Source: an uncultured bacterium
Lineage (GTDB): Bacteria > Fidelibacterota > Marinisomatia > Marinisomatales > UBA1611
Length of the DNA stretch: 30,112 bases
Direction of reading: 5' to 3'
Assembly: GCA_964399115.1 (NCBI GenBank)
Contig: CAYNPR010000001.1
Location: 1 to 30,112 of the forward strand
Shown: one piece after another, positions 9,048-17,619 of the stretch
Layout: every line of letters starts with the position of its first letter
Position numbering within the stretch: position 1 is the first letter of the stretch
Translations under genes and position numbers: made by a program
The notes under the pieces: model-generated
What the model was told of the DNA's origin: nothing
Database searches by the model: none
The model's input: the letters and a program-made list of their open reading frames with translations, nothing else

Positions 9048-10448
9048 CTAATCGAATACGCCAACAAGAAATATATTGATCCCCACATTCCACCAATACG
9101 TATAGTCTACATTCTCCATCAACCCCGTGACTAGAATCCATTCTGATTGAAGTTTTACCCGAACGGGAAAGGCAGACCCGATAAAATTTATAAAATGGAG
9201 AGGAATGGAAAATCCAGCGGTGACGCCATGACCCGGTGGAACAAATCCCATCCCTAACTTCAAATTCATATCCCAGTGCCTATATATTCTATGAGTAAGC
9301 CGGCTTATGTCTGGTTCAGCTACAAAAATAAACCCAGGGGTTTGTAAATTTTGGTCAACTGAATCTGAATGAATGTCGAACCGATGTACGTCCAAACCAA
9401 TATCCACAGATCTCACTGCATTTTTTACGCCGAAGCCAAACGTCATTGTTGCCCCAACTTGATGATTTGCCAATGAAGTATCCAAAATCATAGGATATGA
9501 ATATTGAAACGACATGTAGGTTTTCGTTACTTTGGCTGGAGGTTCATAAAATTTTTCACTTTCAATAATTTCATCATCTTCGTGCACTATCACTTCACGA
9601 CCGGTCCACTCAAATTTATAGACATATTTACCCGGATCCATAAAAGGGATAATTCTTCTTTCAATTTCTTTTCCGGTTGAATCAGAAATAATTCGAACTG
9701 TTTCTTCAATTTTGCTGTCATGAATGAATTCCCTTGTCTCAAAAATTTTATTTCTCCTGTCATAATACTGAATCATTCTCAGCCACTCCCCATCTTCTCT
9801 GAACAACAGGTGACGACCCACAAAATTGTCTTTTGCGTCATAATAGGAGGATTCAACCACTTCCATATTCATGCTTGAGTCCGAATGGGTCGAATAATTG
9901 AATTTATAGGAAAAATATGTAAATCCTAATTTATCACTGAAGGAGACTTTCGTTGGACGGCCGTCTTTTCGACTTGTGAACTTTGCGATCCAACCAGGCC
10001 TAACCTCGCTAAGTTTGTTATCATAAAGGAACGGATCCAATCGAAAGACAGATCCACGTGTATGAAACACAACATTGTATTCTGAACGGTTTCCGCTACG
10101 GGTCCAAATCAAATGGTAGGTTTCCTGGGGTTCACGGTTTTCATCTATTCGTGTGACTGTTTTTATCCTATTATCCTTATTGTATTTCACCTGATAATAA
10201 GACTGACCATAAAAAGATTGGGGCTCGCCCTTTAAATCCAAGGCTCGATAATAGGCATTCCAATATTTATAATATTCAATTCGAGGTTCCTTTTCATTGC
10301 CTTTGGATAGTTGTTCCTCATCGGATCCAACAAGAAACGAAAAAATAATTAAAAATAAAACAAACGGACTATGGGAAATCTTTTGAATCAGGCTAAACCC
10401 CAACTCATGAGAACGATAACAAGAAAGAATATTCCGAAACCGGCCCAT
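9048..10448 (-). CDS. Hypothetical envelope protein: signal-like segment, Tyr/Asp-rich beta-repeat region, C-terminal small outer-membrane beta-barrel-like domain
   Basis: 466-aa ORF. Start uncertain (ATG 10448, TTG 10403 or CTG 10391). Hydrophobic FVLFLIIFSFLVG; repeats such as YNKDNR, YYDAKDN, YYDRRN; C-terminal ~155 aa with an amphipathic strand pattern. Confidence 0.7.
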   Translation of the reverse strand: MGRFRNILSCYRSHELGFSLIQKISHSPFVLFLIIFSFLVGSDEEQLSKGNEKEPRIEYYKYWNAYYRALDLKGEPQSFYGQSYYQVKYNKDNRIKTVTRIDENREPQETYHLIWTRSGNRSEYNVVFHTRGSVFRLDPFLYDNKLSEVRPGWIAKFTSRKDGRPTKVSFSDKLGFTYFSYKFNYSTHSDSSMNMEVVESSYYDAKDNFVGRHLLFREDGEWLRMIQYYDRRNKIFETREFIHDSKIEETVRIISDSTGKEIERRIIPFMDPGKYVYKFEWTGREVIVHEDDEIIESEKFYEPPAKVTKTYMSFQYSYPMILDTSLANHQVGATMTFGFGVKNAVRSVDIGLDVHRFDIHSDSVDQNLQTPGFIFVAEPDISRLTHRIYRHWDMNLKLGMGFVPPGHGVTAGFSIPLHFINFIGSAFPVRVKLQSEWILVTGLMENVDYTYWWNVGINIFLVGVFD

Positions 10449-11257
10449 ATACCCGTTTGGCTCCGCCTGTTATAGTCTAGCACTTCGTCATCCAATGATT
10501 GATAATTCAATACAATGGTTTCACTTTTCCCTTCCTCGATATAAACATCGAGCAGACCCATCCGCATGATGTCATTTATCATCCTTTCTTTCGGAGTTCT
10601 GACCTCATTGTTCAAATTTTGTTTTTTAGGGAAATACCCCACTTTATGCCAGCCGGGAAGTACGTCAATTCCATTTTCCAATGGCGAATACCCCACCATT
10701 TGATCGTCAATGTAAATGGGTAGGTCATCCGTATCGCAAAGAATGACTAGAATTGTTCGTTCACGATCATCTTTCCAAGAAAGAGGATGTTGTATTTTCC
10801 TTGCATCTTTCGGATTGGGAAAAACGAACGATGGATTGACTTCTTTTGAGGCGACTGCATCAGCATAACGTATCACAACAGTAACTTTTTTCCCATCATG
10901 CAAAATTACGTCGACGATTCCAAGTTTATGGGCAACGTTAAATGAAAGTTTTAGGGTATGATTATTCCCCGCTTGATGAATTTTCTGAATTGGATAGGAT
11001 ATGTTTTGATCAAAAAAACCCAGAGCGGGGATTTCAACATTATAAAAAATCAGCATAAGCCAGTTGTCTCTTTCAATCCAACTGGAAACGTCATTGCTGG
11101 AAATTGAATCCGATAAAAGGAACTCAAAGGTAAAGCCTGATTCCCTAGCATCAACGGAAAGATATTCTATGGTAGGATACGATTGTCCAAAAAGAGTGGA
11201 TAATAACAAGGAAATTGTGATAATCCCCTTTTGAAAATTATTAGGGGAAATAATCAT
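10388..11257 (-). CDS. Secreted/membrane protein with an AMIN-like N-terminal domain, a PEGA domain and a C-terminal TM helix
   Basis: Signal peptide; PEGA-like ILCDTDDLPIYIDDQMVGYSPL...VLPGWHKV; C-terminal IWAGFGIFFLVIVLMSWGLA. AMIN-likeness is by eye. Confidence 0.7.
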   Translation of the reverse strand: MIISPNNFQKGIITISLLLSTLFGQSYPTIEYLSVDARESGFTFEFLLSDSISSNDVSSWIERDNWLMLIFYNVEIPALGFFDQNISYPIQKIHQAGNNHTLKLSFNVAHKLGIVDVILHDGKKVTVVIRYADAVASKEVNPSFVFPNPKDARKIQHPLSWKDDRERTILVILCDTDDLPIYIDDQMVGYSPLENGIDVLPGWHKVGYFPKKQNLNNEVRTPKERMINDIMRMGLLDVYIEEGKSETIVLNYQSLDDEVLDYNRRSQTGIWAGFGIFFLVIVLMSWGLA

Positions 11258-11258
11258 T

Positions 11259-12656
11259 TTAATCCACTGAGCCTAAATCTGTTTTAGCGATATTAAACCG
11301 TATATGCTGGGTTCTGCCCTGAGGTATGTATACATCTTGATAATCTGGAACTGGAATATCATATATTATTGGAGGAGAATTGGGATCAATAATGCGGACA
11401 CGGTGCCAACCTGGGGTGATGGGAAATTTTTCCGGAATCGGGGTTTGCCCAATGTGGTTTCCATCGATAAATACATTCGCATCATCCAAATCGCAGGCCA
11501 ATTTGATGAATGTTTTTCTATTTGAAAGATTGAGAGTTTTATATTTTTTAGTGGAATTTTTATTGTTGAGTTTTTTTGTTTCTCTTCTTTCCGTTTTTGC
11601 CAATATTGGCATTCGGTTTTTCTCTATCAGAGCCGTCTGTTTTGTTGTACTCTTGTTTACAACGGTGTCGTCCTTTTTTGCGTCTTTTGGTGGATGGCTA
11701 CCCATATCCAACATTGCATTCAACTGACTTAAAGTTGCCGGTCCCATGACTCCATCAATACTATCTCCTGAGAATCCACGATCTGATTGAAAGTTCATGA
11801 CAGCTCTTTCCGTATTCCATCCAAATTCTCCATCTACACCATTGCCGTAAACACCACTTGAGCCCAAATCATACCCCAATTCCAAAAGGGCTTTTTGAAG
11901 AACTTTTATGTCGTTTGGGCGATAAATTCCGTGGGAAAGCATTCCTAAATCCAATATCTCGGACAAGTGGGGAAAATCATCGGTTTGTTGGAAGGATGGA
12001 GCATATGAACGAAATTGTGATTTCTCATCCAACGGTAACTCTTTCAATTTTAACGGTTTAGGTTCATCTCCTGGATTTTTTTCATCTCCATCCGTTGAAT
12101 ACCATTTGTCATACCACACAAAATACTTTGTTGGACCGTATTTGTCACGGGCATAAACCCAGGAGTCATAAAAAGGGGAGCCTTTGGATTCGTCTTTCGG
12201 TAGTGAAAAGGCCCGATTCTGATTCCTGTTTTCAGAAACTTTCACTTCTGAACGTAGGCTGTCGCTCAAAATGTTCCAGACTTGGATCAAAAGTACCCGG
12301 CTGGCCCGTGAGTGAAAAATTTCAAAGTCTTCGATCGATTGATCAAATAGAAATCCTAGCTGAACCGATTCGTTATTTTCACTCACTTCCAAGTCTGATA
12401 CTGGGGGTTCGAAAACCAAATAATCCATGAAGGTCGGTTCCAGCGAAAAACCATTCAGGGTAACATAAAACCAGTTTTCCTGACCTTTCCACCCTGCAAT
12501 ATCATCGATATCCATAACTCTACTGGTGACGATGCGCAACAAGGTACCATTGCTTTTTCTATGAGTAGTCACTTCCTGTACAAGATTTGCATAAATGGAA
12601 TGCAAAAGAAATATTGCCAAGCCGATTTGGCGGATAATTAATTTTGAATTAGACAT
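11259..12656 (-). CDS. Peptidoglycan-binding domain protein with an AMIN-like N-terminus and a C-terminal PEGA domain
   Basis: PG_binding_1 pattern DIKVLQKALLELGY...VDGEFGWNTERAVMNFQSDRG...IDGVMGPATLSQL; PEGA pattern ANVFIDGNHIGQTPI...ITPGWHRVRI; signal peptide. Confidence 0.82.
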   Translation of the reverse strand: MSNSKLIIRQIGLAIFLLHSIYANLVQEVTTHRKSNGTLLRIVTSRVMDIDDIAGWKGQENWFYVTLNGFSLEPTFMDYLVFEPPVSDLEVSENNESVQLGFLFDQSIEDFEIFHSRASRVLLIQVWNILSDSLRSEVKVSENRNQNRAFSLPKDESKGSPFYDSWVYARDKYGPTKYFVWYDKWYSTDGDEKNPGDEPKPLKLKELPLDEKSQFRSYAPSFQQTDDFPHLSEILDLGMLSHGIYRPNDIKVLQKALLELGYDLGSSGVYGNGVDGEFGWNTERAVMNFQSDRGFSGDSIDGVMGPATLSQLNAMLDMGSHPPKDAKKDDTVVNKSTTKQTALIEKNRMPILAKTERRETKKLNNKNSTKKYKTLNLSNRKTFIKLACDLDDANVFIDGNHIGQTPIPEKFPITPGWHRVRIIDPNSPPIIYDIPVPDYQDVYIPQGRTQHIRFNIAKTDLGSVD

Positions 12657-14400
12657 TATTCAATTCCTGCTGAAGAACAATGAGCTCATTGAGCTCGCTT
12701 TGCGGGTCTTCACCAATAGTTTCCTTTTCACGAATCTTAATCCGAAGTTTTTGTATCTTTTCCTTTAAGGGTACTGATTTTAAGATTTTCAAACAATCGG
12801 ATACAATTTGTTCTGGTGGTACACCTTGAATTTCCGTAATGAGGATATGTGCTACAAAATTCCGTTCATTCTCGTCTTGAAAATACTCGATAATGGTTGA
12901 AGGTTCCATAGACAATTTATCATCCAAAAAACGCTCCAGAATTTTTTTTAAAAATGGTGTAATAAAAAACTCTGTCTCGATTTTTTCCTTTACAAACCGC
13001 CTTACCCCATTATCTTCGTGGATAAGCAATTTAAGTAATTCAATCTGCGCTCTATCGAGTTGACTGGTAAATGAGGAACCATCCCGTTTTTTAGAATCTT
13101 CCATCCCTGTCCCAAGCGTGGATAAAGCTCTCTTGCTTCTCATGATTTTTACCAGTTCCCGTTCATCCACTTTTAATTTATTCGCAATAATTCTAATAAG
13201 ATCATCCCTGACAATCCCATCTCGAATATTTCGAATTTCTTGAATCAACTCGTGAATATACTGTCTCCGGTCGGAGCCTTCCAGATCCATCCCATGATGA
13301 AAATCCAGATGGAAATCAATAAAAGAAACGGGAGATTCAATCAGGGATAAAATGTTGTCTTTTCCCACTTCTCGGATCCAATCATCGGGGTCTTTTCCCT
13401 CGGGAGGACGAACTATGTTCGGTTCCATACCGGATTTAAGTAAAACCCAACCTGCTCTAATTGCCGCATTTCCACCTGCACTATCGCCATCGTATAGCAA
13501 TACCGCTTTATTTGTAATCCGACTCAGGGCTAAAGTATGCCTGGGCGTTAGGGCCGTTCCCGAAATGGCAACAACTACATGAATCCCTCCTTGATATAGC
13601 TGTAAAAAATCCATGTATCCTTCCACCAACACGGCATAACCCACCTTTCGAATAGCATCCCGGGTTGCATGGATTCCGTAAAATACGTCACTCTTTTTAT
13701 AAAGTGGCGTTTCCGGTGAATTTAAATATTTTGCAGGATCATCTGTTCCGAATATCCTCCCCCCGAAAGCAATGGGTTTACCGGATGGGTGAAAGATAGG
13801 ATACATGATGCGCGAACGAAAACGATCAAATGTTCCTTTTTCAGATTGAGTAAACAATCCCGACTTCGAAATTTGGGATTGGGTAAATCCTTTATCTTTA
13901 CATGCATTTACCATTTGATCCCAACTGTCAAGGGCAAACCCTATTTTGAACTGTTTTATGATATCTTCCGTCAAATCCCGTTTCTTCAGATAATCCAATG
14001 CTTGTCTGCCTCGATCGGAAAACAAATTTTCCTGAAAGATTTTGACGGCAATTTCGTGAAGTTCATATAAGGCGGAAAAAAGTTCGGATGATTTTCCACT
14101 CTGTTCGTATTGAATCGGAATATTGTATTTCTCCGCTAAAATATTAACGGCTTCTGGGAATGAGATTTTCTGATATTCCATCAAGAATGAAAATGCGTTC
14201 CCGCCTGATCCACAGCCAAAACAATGATAGATTTGCTTTGAAGGCGCAACACTAAAAGACGGTGTCTTTTCACTATGGAACGGGCAAAGACCAAAAAAAT
14301 TGACACCACGCCGTTTTAAATCCACATATTGGGAAACTACATCCACAATATCGGAGGTGTCCCTTACGCGATCTATGGTATCTTGTGGGATCCGGGTCAT
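12649..14400 (-). CDS. dnaG: DNA primase
   Basis: Zn finger CPFHSEKTPSF...HCFGCG, FRSRIMYPI, KYLNSPET, TOPRIM VEGYMD and YDGDSAG. Confidence 0.98.
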   Translation of the reverse strand: MTRIPQDTIDRVRDTSDIVDVVSQYVDLKRRGVNFFGLCPFHSEKTPSFSVAPSKQIYHCFGCGSGGNAFSFLMEYQKISFPEAVNILAEKYNIPIQYEQSGKSSELFSALYELHEIAVKIFQENLFSDRGRQALDYLKKRDLTEDIIKQFKIGFALDSWDQMVNACKDKGFTQSQISKSGLFTQSEKGTFDRFRSRIMYPIFHPSGKPIAFGGRIFGTDDPAKYLNSPETPLYKKSDVFYGIHATRDAIRKVGYAVLVEGYMDFLQLYQGGIHVVVAISGTALTPRHTLALSRITNKAVLLYDGDSAGGNAAIRAGWVLLKSGMEPNIVRPPEGKDPDDWIREVGKDNILSLIESPVSFIDFHLDFHHGMDLEGSDRRQYIHELIQEIRNIRDGIVRDDLIRIIANKLKVDERELVKIMRSKRALSTLGTGMEDSKKRDGSSFTSQLDRAQIELLKLLIHEDNGVRRFVKEKIETEFFITPFLKKILERFLDDKLSMEPSTIIEYFQDENERNFVAHILITEIQGVPPEQIVSDCLKILKSVPLKEKIQKLRIKIREKETIGEDPQSELNELIVLQQELNNV

Positions 14401-14927
14401 CAGGGTTCAGTCAACTGCCTCAAATAAGATTCGCTCAAAGAAATGGGATCTTCCCAATTAAAAAACGAAACCAGAGAAGATCTGAATTGATTGCCAATCC
14501 CAACGAATCTGGAATTTTCACGAATAATGGTAGACCATTTCCGCAACGGTAAAATTGCAATAAACCAAGTAAAAATAATTATGACGAAAAATCCCTTCAT
14601 GGTGCCGAACAAAAATCCTAGTGAATAATTCATAAGCTGGTTACTTTTTGAAAGCATGGCGATATGCACAAGCTTTGTCAAAATCCTGGCTGCAATCAAC
14701 GTGGCCGAAAACAGGAGGGAAAAGGACAAAAATATTCCAATCCATTCATCCACATTTATAATCCCGTTCAATTGAATAAATAAAGAAGTGCTGTTCGATA
14801 TTGCAATGACAACCGCGAGTAGCAGGCCAATGAGACGGCCCAACTCTTCGATAAACCCCCTTTTAAATCCGACAACACCTGAATATACCATGAAAAAAAC
14901 GGCCAAGCCATCTAGGAACCATGACAT
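14400..14927 (-). CDS. cvpA: CvpA (colicin V production) family membrane protein
   Basis: Four hydrophobic segments, GFKRGFIEE, LGFLFGTMKG. Confidence 0.85.
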   Translation of the reverse strand: MSWFLDGLAVFFMVYSGVVGFKRGFIEELGRLIGLLLAVVIAISNSTSLFIQLNGIINVDEWIGIFLSFSLLFSATLIAARILTKLVHIAMLSKSNQLMNYSLGFLFGTMKGFFVIIIFTWFIAILPLRKWSTIIRENSRFVGIGNQFRSSLVSFFNWEDPISLSESYLRQLTEP

Positions 14928-15371
14928 TTATTCCAACAATTCCCGTACAATGGCATTCGCTGTTTTCCCGTCGACTCGACCACCACCCCGTGCCAGTATT
15001 ACAGGCATAACCTTCCCAATATCACTTATGGAATCCGCTCCCGTATCCTCAATTATGGAAGAGACTAAACTTCGGATGTCATCATCGGACATCATTTGCG
15101 GCAAATAAGAACCCAATATTGCCATCTCGTTTTTTTCCTTTTCCGCCAATTCTGATCGATTAGCTTTTTCAAAAATTTCGGATGATTCCTTCCGCTGTTT
15201 GACCTGGGATTTAATTACAGCTAAACCATCCTTTTCCGAAAGATCCCCTCTTTTTTCAATCTGTCTATCCTTTAATTTTGCCAGTAGATTTCGGAGTGTA
15301 TCTGCTTTTTCCTTTTCTCCGGATTTCATAGCAGAATACATATCCAACTTTATTTTTTCTATGAAGCTCAT
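14928..15371 (-). CDS. yqeY: GatB/YqeY domain protein
   Basis: IKLDMYSAMKSG, VKQRKESSEIF..ANR.ELAEKE..E..IL..YLP, IGKVM, GRVDGK. Confidence 0.95.
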   Translation of the reverse strand: MSFIEKIKLDMYSAMKSGEKEKADTLRNLLAKLKDRQIEKRGDLSEKDGLAVIKSQVKQRKESSEIFEKANRSELAEKEKNEMAILGSYLPQMMSDDDIRSLVSSIIEDTGADSISDIGKVMPVILARGGGRVDGKTANAIVRELLE

Positions 15372-15373
15372 AT

Positions 15374-16201
15374 CTATTCCCTTTCGTCGATTCGCTTCAT
15401 GGCTAAAAGCAAATGATCTTTGTTGACTTCAAAGCCAATAAATCGTCTTCCATGCCTTTTGCAGGCAAGACCCACATCACCCATTCTCATAAAAGGATCT
15501 ACGATTCTGTTCAATTTGAAACTGCTTGCCTTCAAAATCTTTTCAAAAAGATTTTGCGGCAACCGTCCAGCCTCTTCTGGGATTCCGGGAATATCCACCC
15601 AAAAATTAGACCTGATCCGATCTTCGGACTGAATGGGTTCGTTTGAATCCATCCCAACGGCTTTTTGGTTGAACAGAAAATTATCCGTCTTAGTGGCAAA
15701 CCAGATATCGAAAGATTCATTGATCCAGGTTTGTGCCATATTTGCATTTGTTTGCCTTTTTCTCCGCCAGGTTATTCGAGATTGCACTTTGAAAAAATTG
15801 CTTAAGAGACTTTGATACATCCCCGAATATTGCCAGTGGGTTAACAAATAAACCGCACCCGTATTCTTCAAAACCCGATAAGATTCATTGAGCCATTCAT
15901 TATTCCATTGATAGTATTCCTGAAGCGTCATCCGTTGTCCCATAACATCAGTGGAAGCCCAGGGATCTTCTGGAGGATCGGCAATAATCAAGTCTATCGT
16001 ATGATCTGGAATTTTTTTAAGGCCATCAAGACACTTGGCCAAAAATATTCCTTCCTGCATATTGTTCGGGGTCATGGACATGTCTTCCACTGTCTGGATG
16101 GCAGGGAGATATTTATTCAGATCGTCAATCGTCAACCCGGGATAAGGCTCCAGCGGGTTTGTAAATAACGGTGAACTGACGTTTTGCGGCGTTTCGGGCA
16201 T
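15374..16201 (-). CDS. Beta-class N6/N4 DNA methyltransferase homolog with degenerate active-site motifs
   Basis: CLDGLKKIP..TIDLIIADPP(E), WLNESYRVLKNTGAVY, ITWRR, IVDPFMRMG...RRFIGFEVN. The fold order fits beta class, but DPPY is DPPE and FxGSG is FMRMG. Confidence 0.85.
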   Translation of the reverse strand: MPETPQNVSSPLFTNPLEPYPGLTIDDLNKYLPAIQTVEDMSMTPNNMQEGIFLAKCLDGLKKIPDHTIDLIIADPPEDPWASTDVMGQRMTLQEYYQWNNEWLNESYRVLKNTGAVYLLTHWQYSGMYQSLLSNFFKVQSRITWRRKRQTNANMAQTWINESFDIWFATKTDNFLFNQKAVGMDSNEPIQSEDRIRSNFWVDIPGIPEEAGRLPQNLFEKILKASSFKLNRIVDPFMRMGDVGLACKRHGRRFIGFEVNKDHLLLAMKRIDERE

Positions 16202-16225
16202 GAGGAAATTTATAAAATAATTAGG

Positions 16226-16855
16226 TTATAACCTCTCGAGAATCCGACGTTCGATTTCGGACAGTTGCTTATTGTCTTCAAAAACGTTGAATCCATCCGT
16301 ATCGACGATCATAACGGGATACTCCTTCACGGAATTGATCCATTTTTCATAGGATATGTTTAAGCTATGGAGATATTCCGGGTCAATGGATTGCTCATAA
16401 TCCCTGCCTCTTGAATTTATACGGTTCAGCAACGTGTCCGTTGATGCTTTTAGGTAAACCACAAGGTCGGGTTTTTTCAAAAAGGACGTCATGGCGGAAA
16501 AGAGGCTGCAGTAATTGTCCCAGTCCCGGTCCGACAATTTTTTCATTTCATGAAGGTTCCGGGCAAAGATCTCCACATCCTCATAGATCGTCCTGTCCTG
16601 GACTACACCACCATCCAGTTTGGACATATGAAGGTGAGACTCAAATCTTTTGTGGAGGAAATAGATCTGGAGATTAAAACTCCATCGTTCCATATCGGCA
16701 TAAAAATCGCCCAAATATGGATTATCGGAAACGGATTCGTAGAAGGCCTGCCAGCCCTGTCTCTCTGATAAAACCTGTGTGAAAGTGGTTTTCCCCACAC
16801 CGATATTGCCCGCCAAACCAACGAAAGGATCAAGTCTTGTTCCTTCTTTATGCAT
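16226..16855 (-). CDS. Deoxynucleoside kinase (dNK, Dck/Dgk family)
   Basis: P-loop AGNIGVGKTT, YESVSDNPYL, QIYFL..RF, DRTIYED, PDLVVYL, RI..RGRDYE. Start moved to ATG 16855; the track's start runs through the upstream terminator. Confidence 0.93.
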   Translation of the reverse strand: MHKEGTRLDPFVGLAGNIGVGKTTFTQVLSERQGWQAFYESVSDNPYLGDFYADMERWSFNLQIYFLHKRFESHLHMSKLDGGVVQDRTIYEDVEIFARNLHEMKKLSDRDWDNYCSLFSAMTSFLKKPDLVVYLKASTDTLLNRINSRGRDYEQSIDPEYLHSLNISYEKWINSVKEYPVMIVDTDGFNVFEDNKQLSEIERRILERL

Positions 16856-16875
16856 AGGGAAAAAATACAGGAAAT

Positions 16876-16904
16876 AAAAAAGCCCTTCAAGAAAGGGCTT
16901 TTTT
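16876..16904 (-). terminator. Intrinsic terminator of the small OMP gene (possibly bidirectional)
   Basis: AAAAAAGCCCTT-CAAGA-AAGGGCTTTTTT: stem AGCCCTT/AAGGGCT with A/T tracts on both sides, about 20 nt after the stop at 16926. Confidence 0.85.
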
Positions 16905-16925
16905 ATTATAAAGTTGTATCTGTGT

Positions 16926-17441
16926 CTAGAATTCATATCCCAATGAAATACCTCCACCGACCCACCATGTTGCACCCCCTTCTGTCTTCCGGACAAGGTT
17001 TCCTCTTCCCGTCAATCGAATCTCAATAAACTCATCCAAGGGATAATCTAAACTGCCCCCTACAATAAACCCGGGACCTGCATGATAATAACCCGTACAG
17101 GCAGTCGCGCTAACACTTGCATCCCCAATGAAAAATCCAGGGCCAAGTCCAATCTGATATGCAATACCACTAAAGTCATCAGCCCCACGAAAATCATAAT
17201 AGGCGAGCTCGGCAATGACATTTATAAAGAAATTTTGAATAAATAATCCATAAGGAGAACCAACGGACAAACCAAATACTGGATTAATTTCATCATAAGA
17301 GTCAAAGGTCGATCCCCCGATTATTGGATAACCGGCATATAGATTCATACTCCAGTTGGGCACGAGCTCATATTCCACTGTGTCAACAGTCTGGGAGGAC
17401 AGAAAACACATGAAAACCGGTAAGAAAATAATTTTTTTCAT
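16926..17441 (-). CDS. Small outer-membrane beta-barrel protein
   Basis: Signal peptide MKKIIFLPVFMCFLSS (ATG 17441), Gly/aromatic amphipathic strands, C-terminal ISLGYEF BAM-type signature. Confidence 0.8.
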   Translation of the reverse strand: MKKIIFLPVFMCFLSSQTVDTVEYELVPNWSMNLYAGYPIIGGSTFDSYDEINPVFGLSVGSPYGLFIQNFFINVIAELAYYDFRGADDFSGIAYQIGLGPGFFIGDASVSATACTGYYHAGPGFIVGGSLDYPLDEFIEIRLTGRGNLVRKTEGGATWWVGGGISLGYEF

Positions 17442-17619
17442 AGGTATTTTTCTTCTATATTTTTTTAAATTGGTTAATATTTCTACAGATCCGTATCGCA
17501 AATATAACTATGAACCATTACTACACAAAAACCACTCGAAGTATAAAAAATAACCATAATAATCCGAGATCTATTCATTTGATACCATATGGAAACAACT
17601 GGTATTTTTCGTTCTTACT

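Noticed and set aside
10388-10460. C-terminal TM tail as a GlyGly-CTERM/rhombosortase substrate of the rhomboid at 24045
   Set aside because: No Gly-Gly motif or terminal basic cluster, and the rhomboid is not linked.
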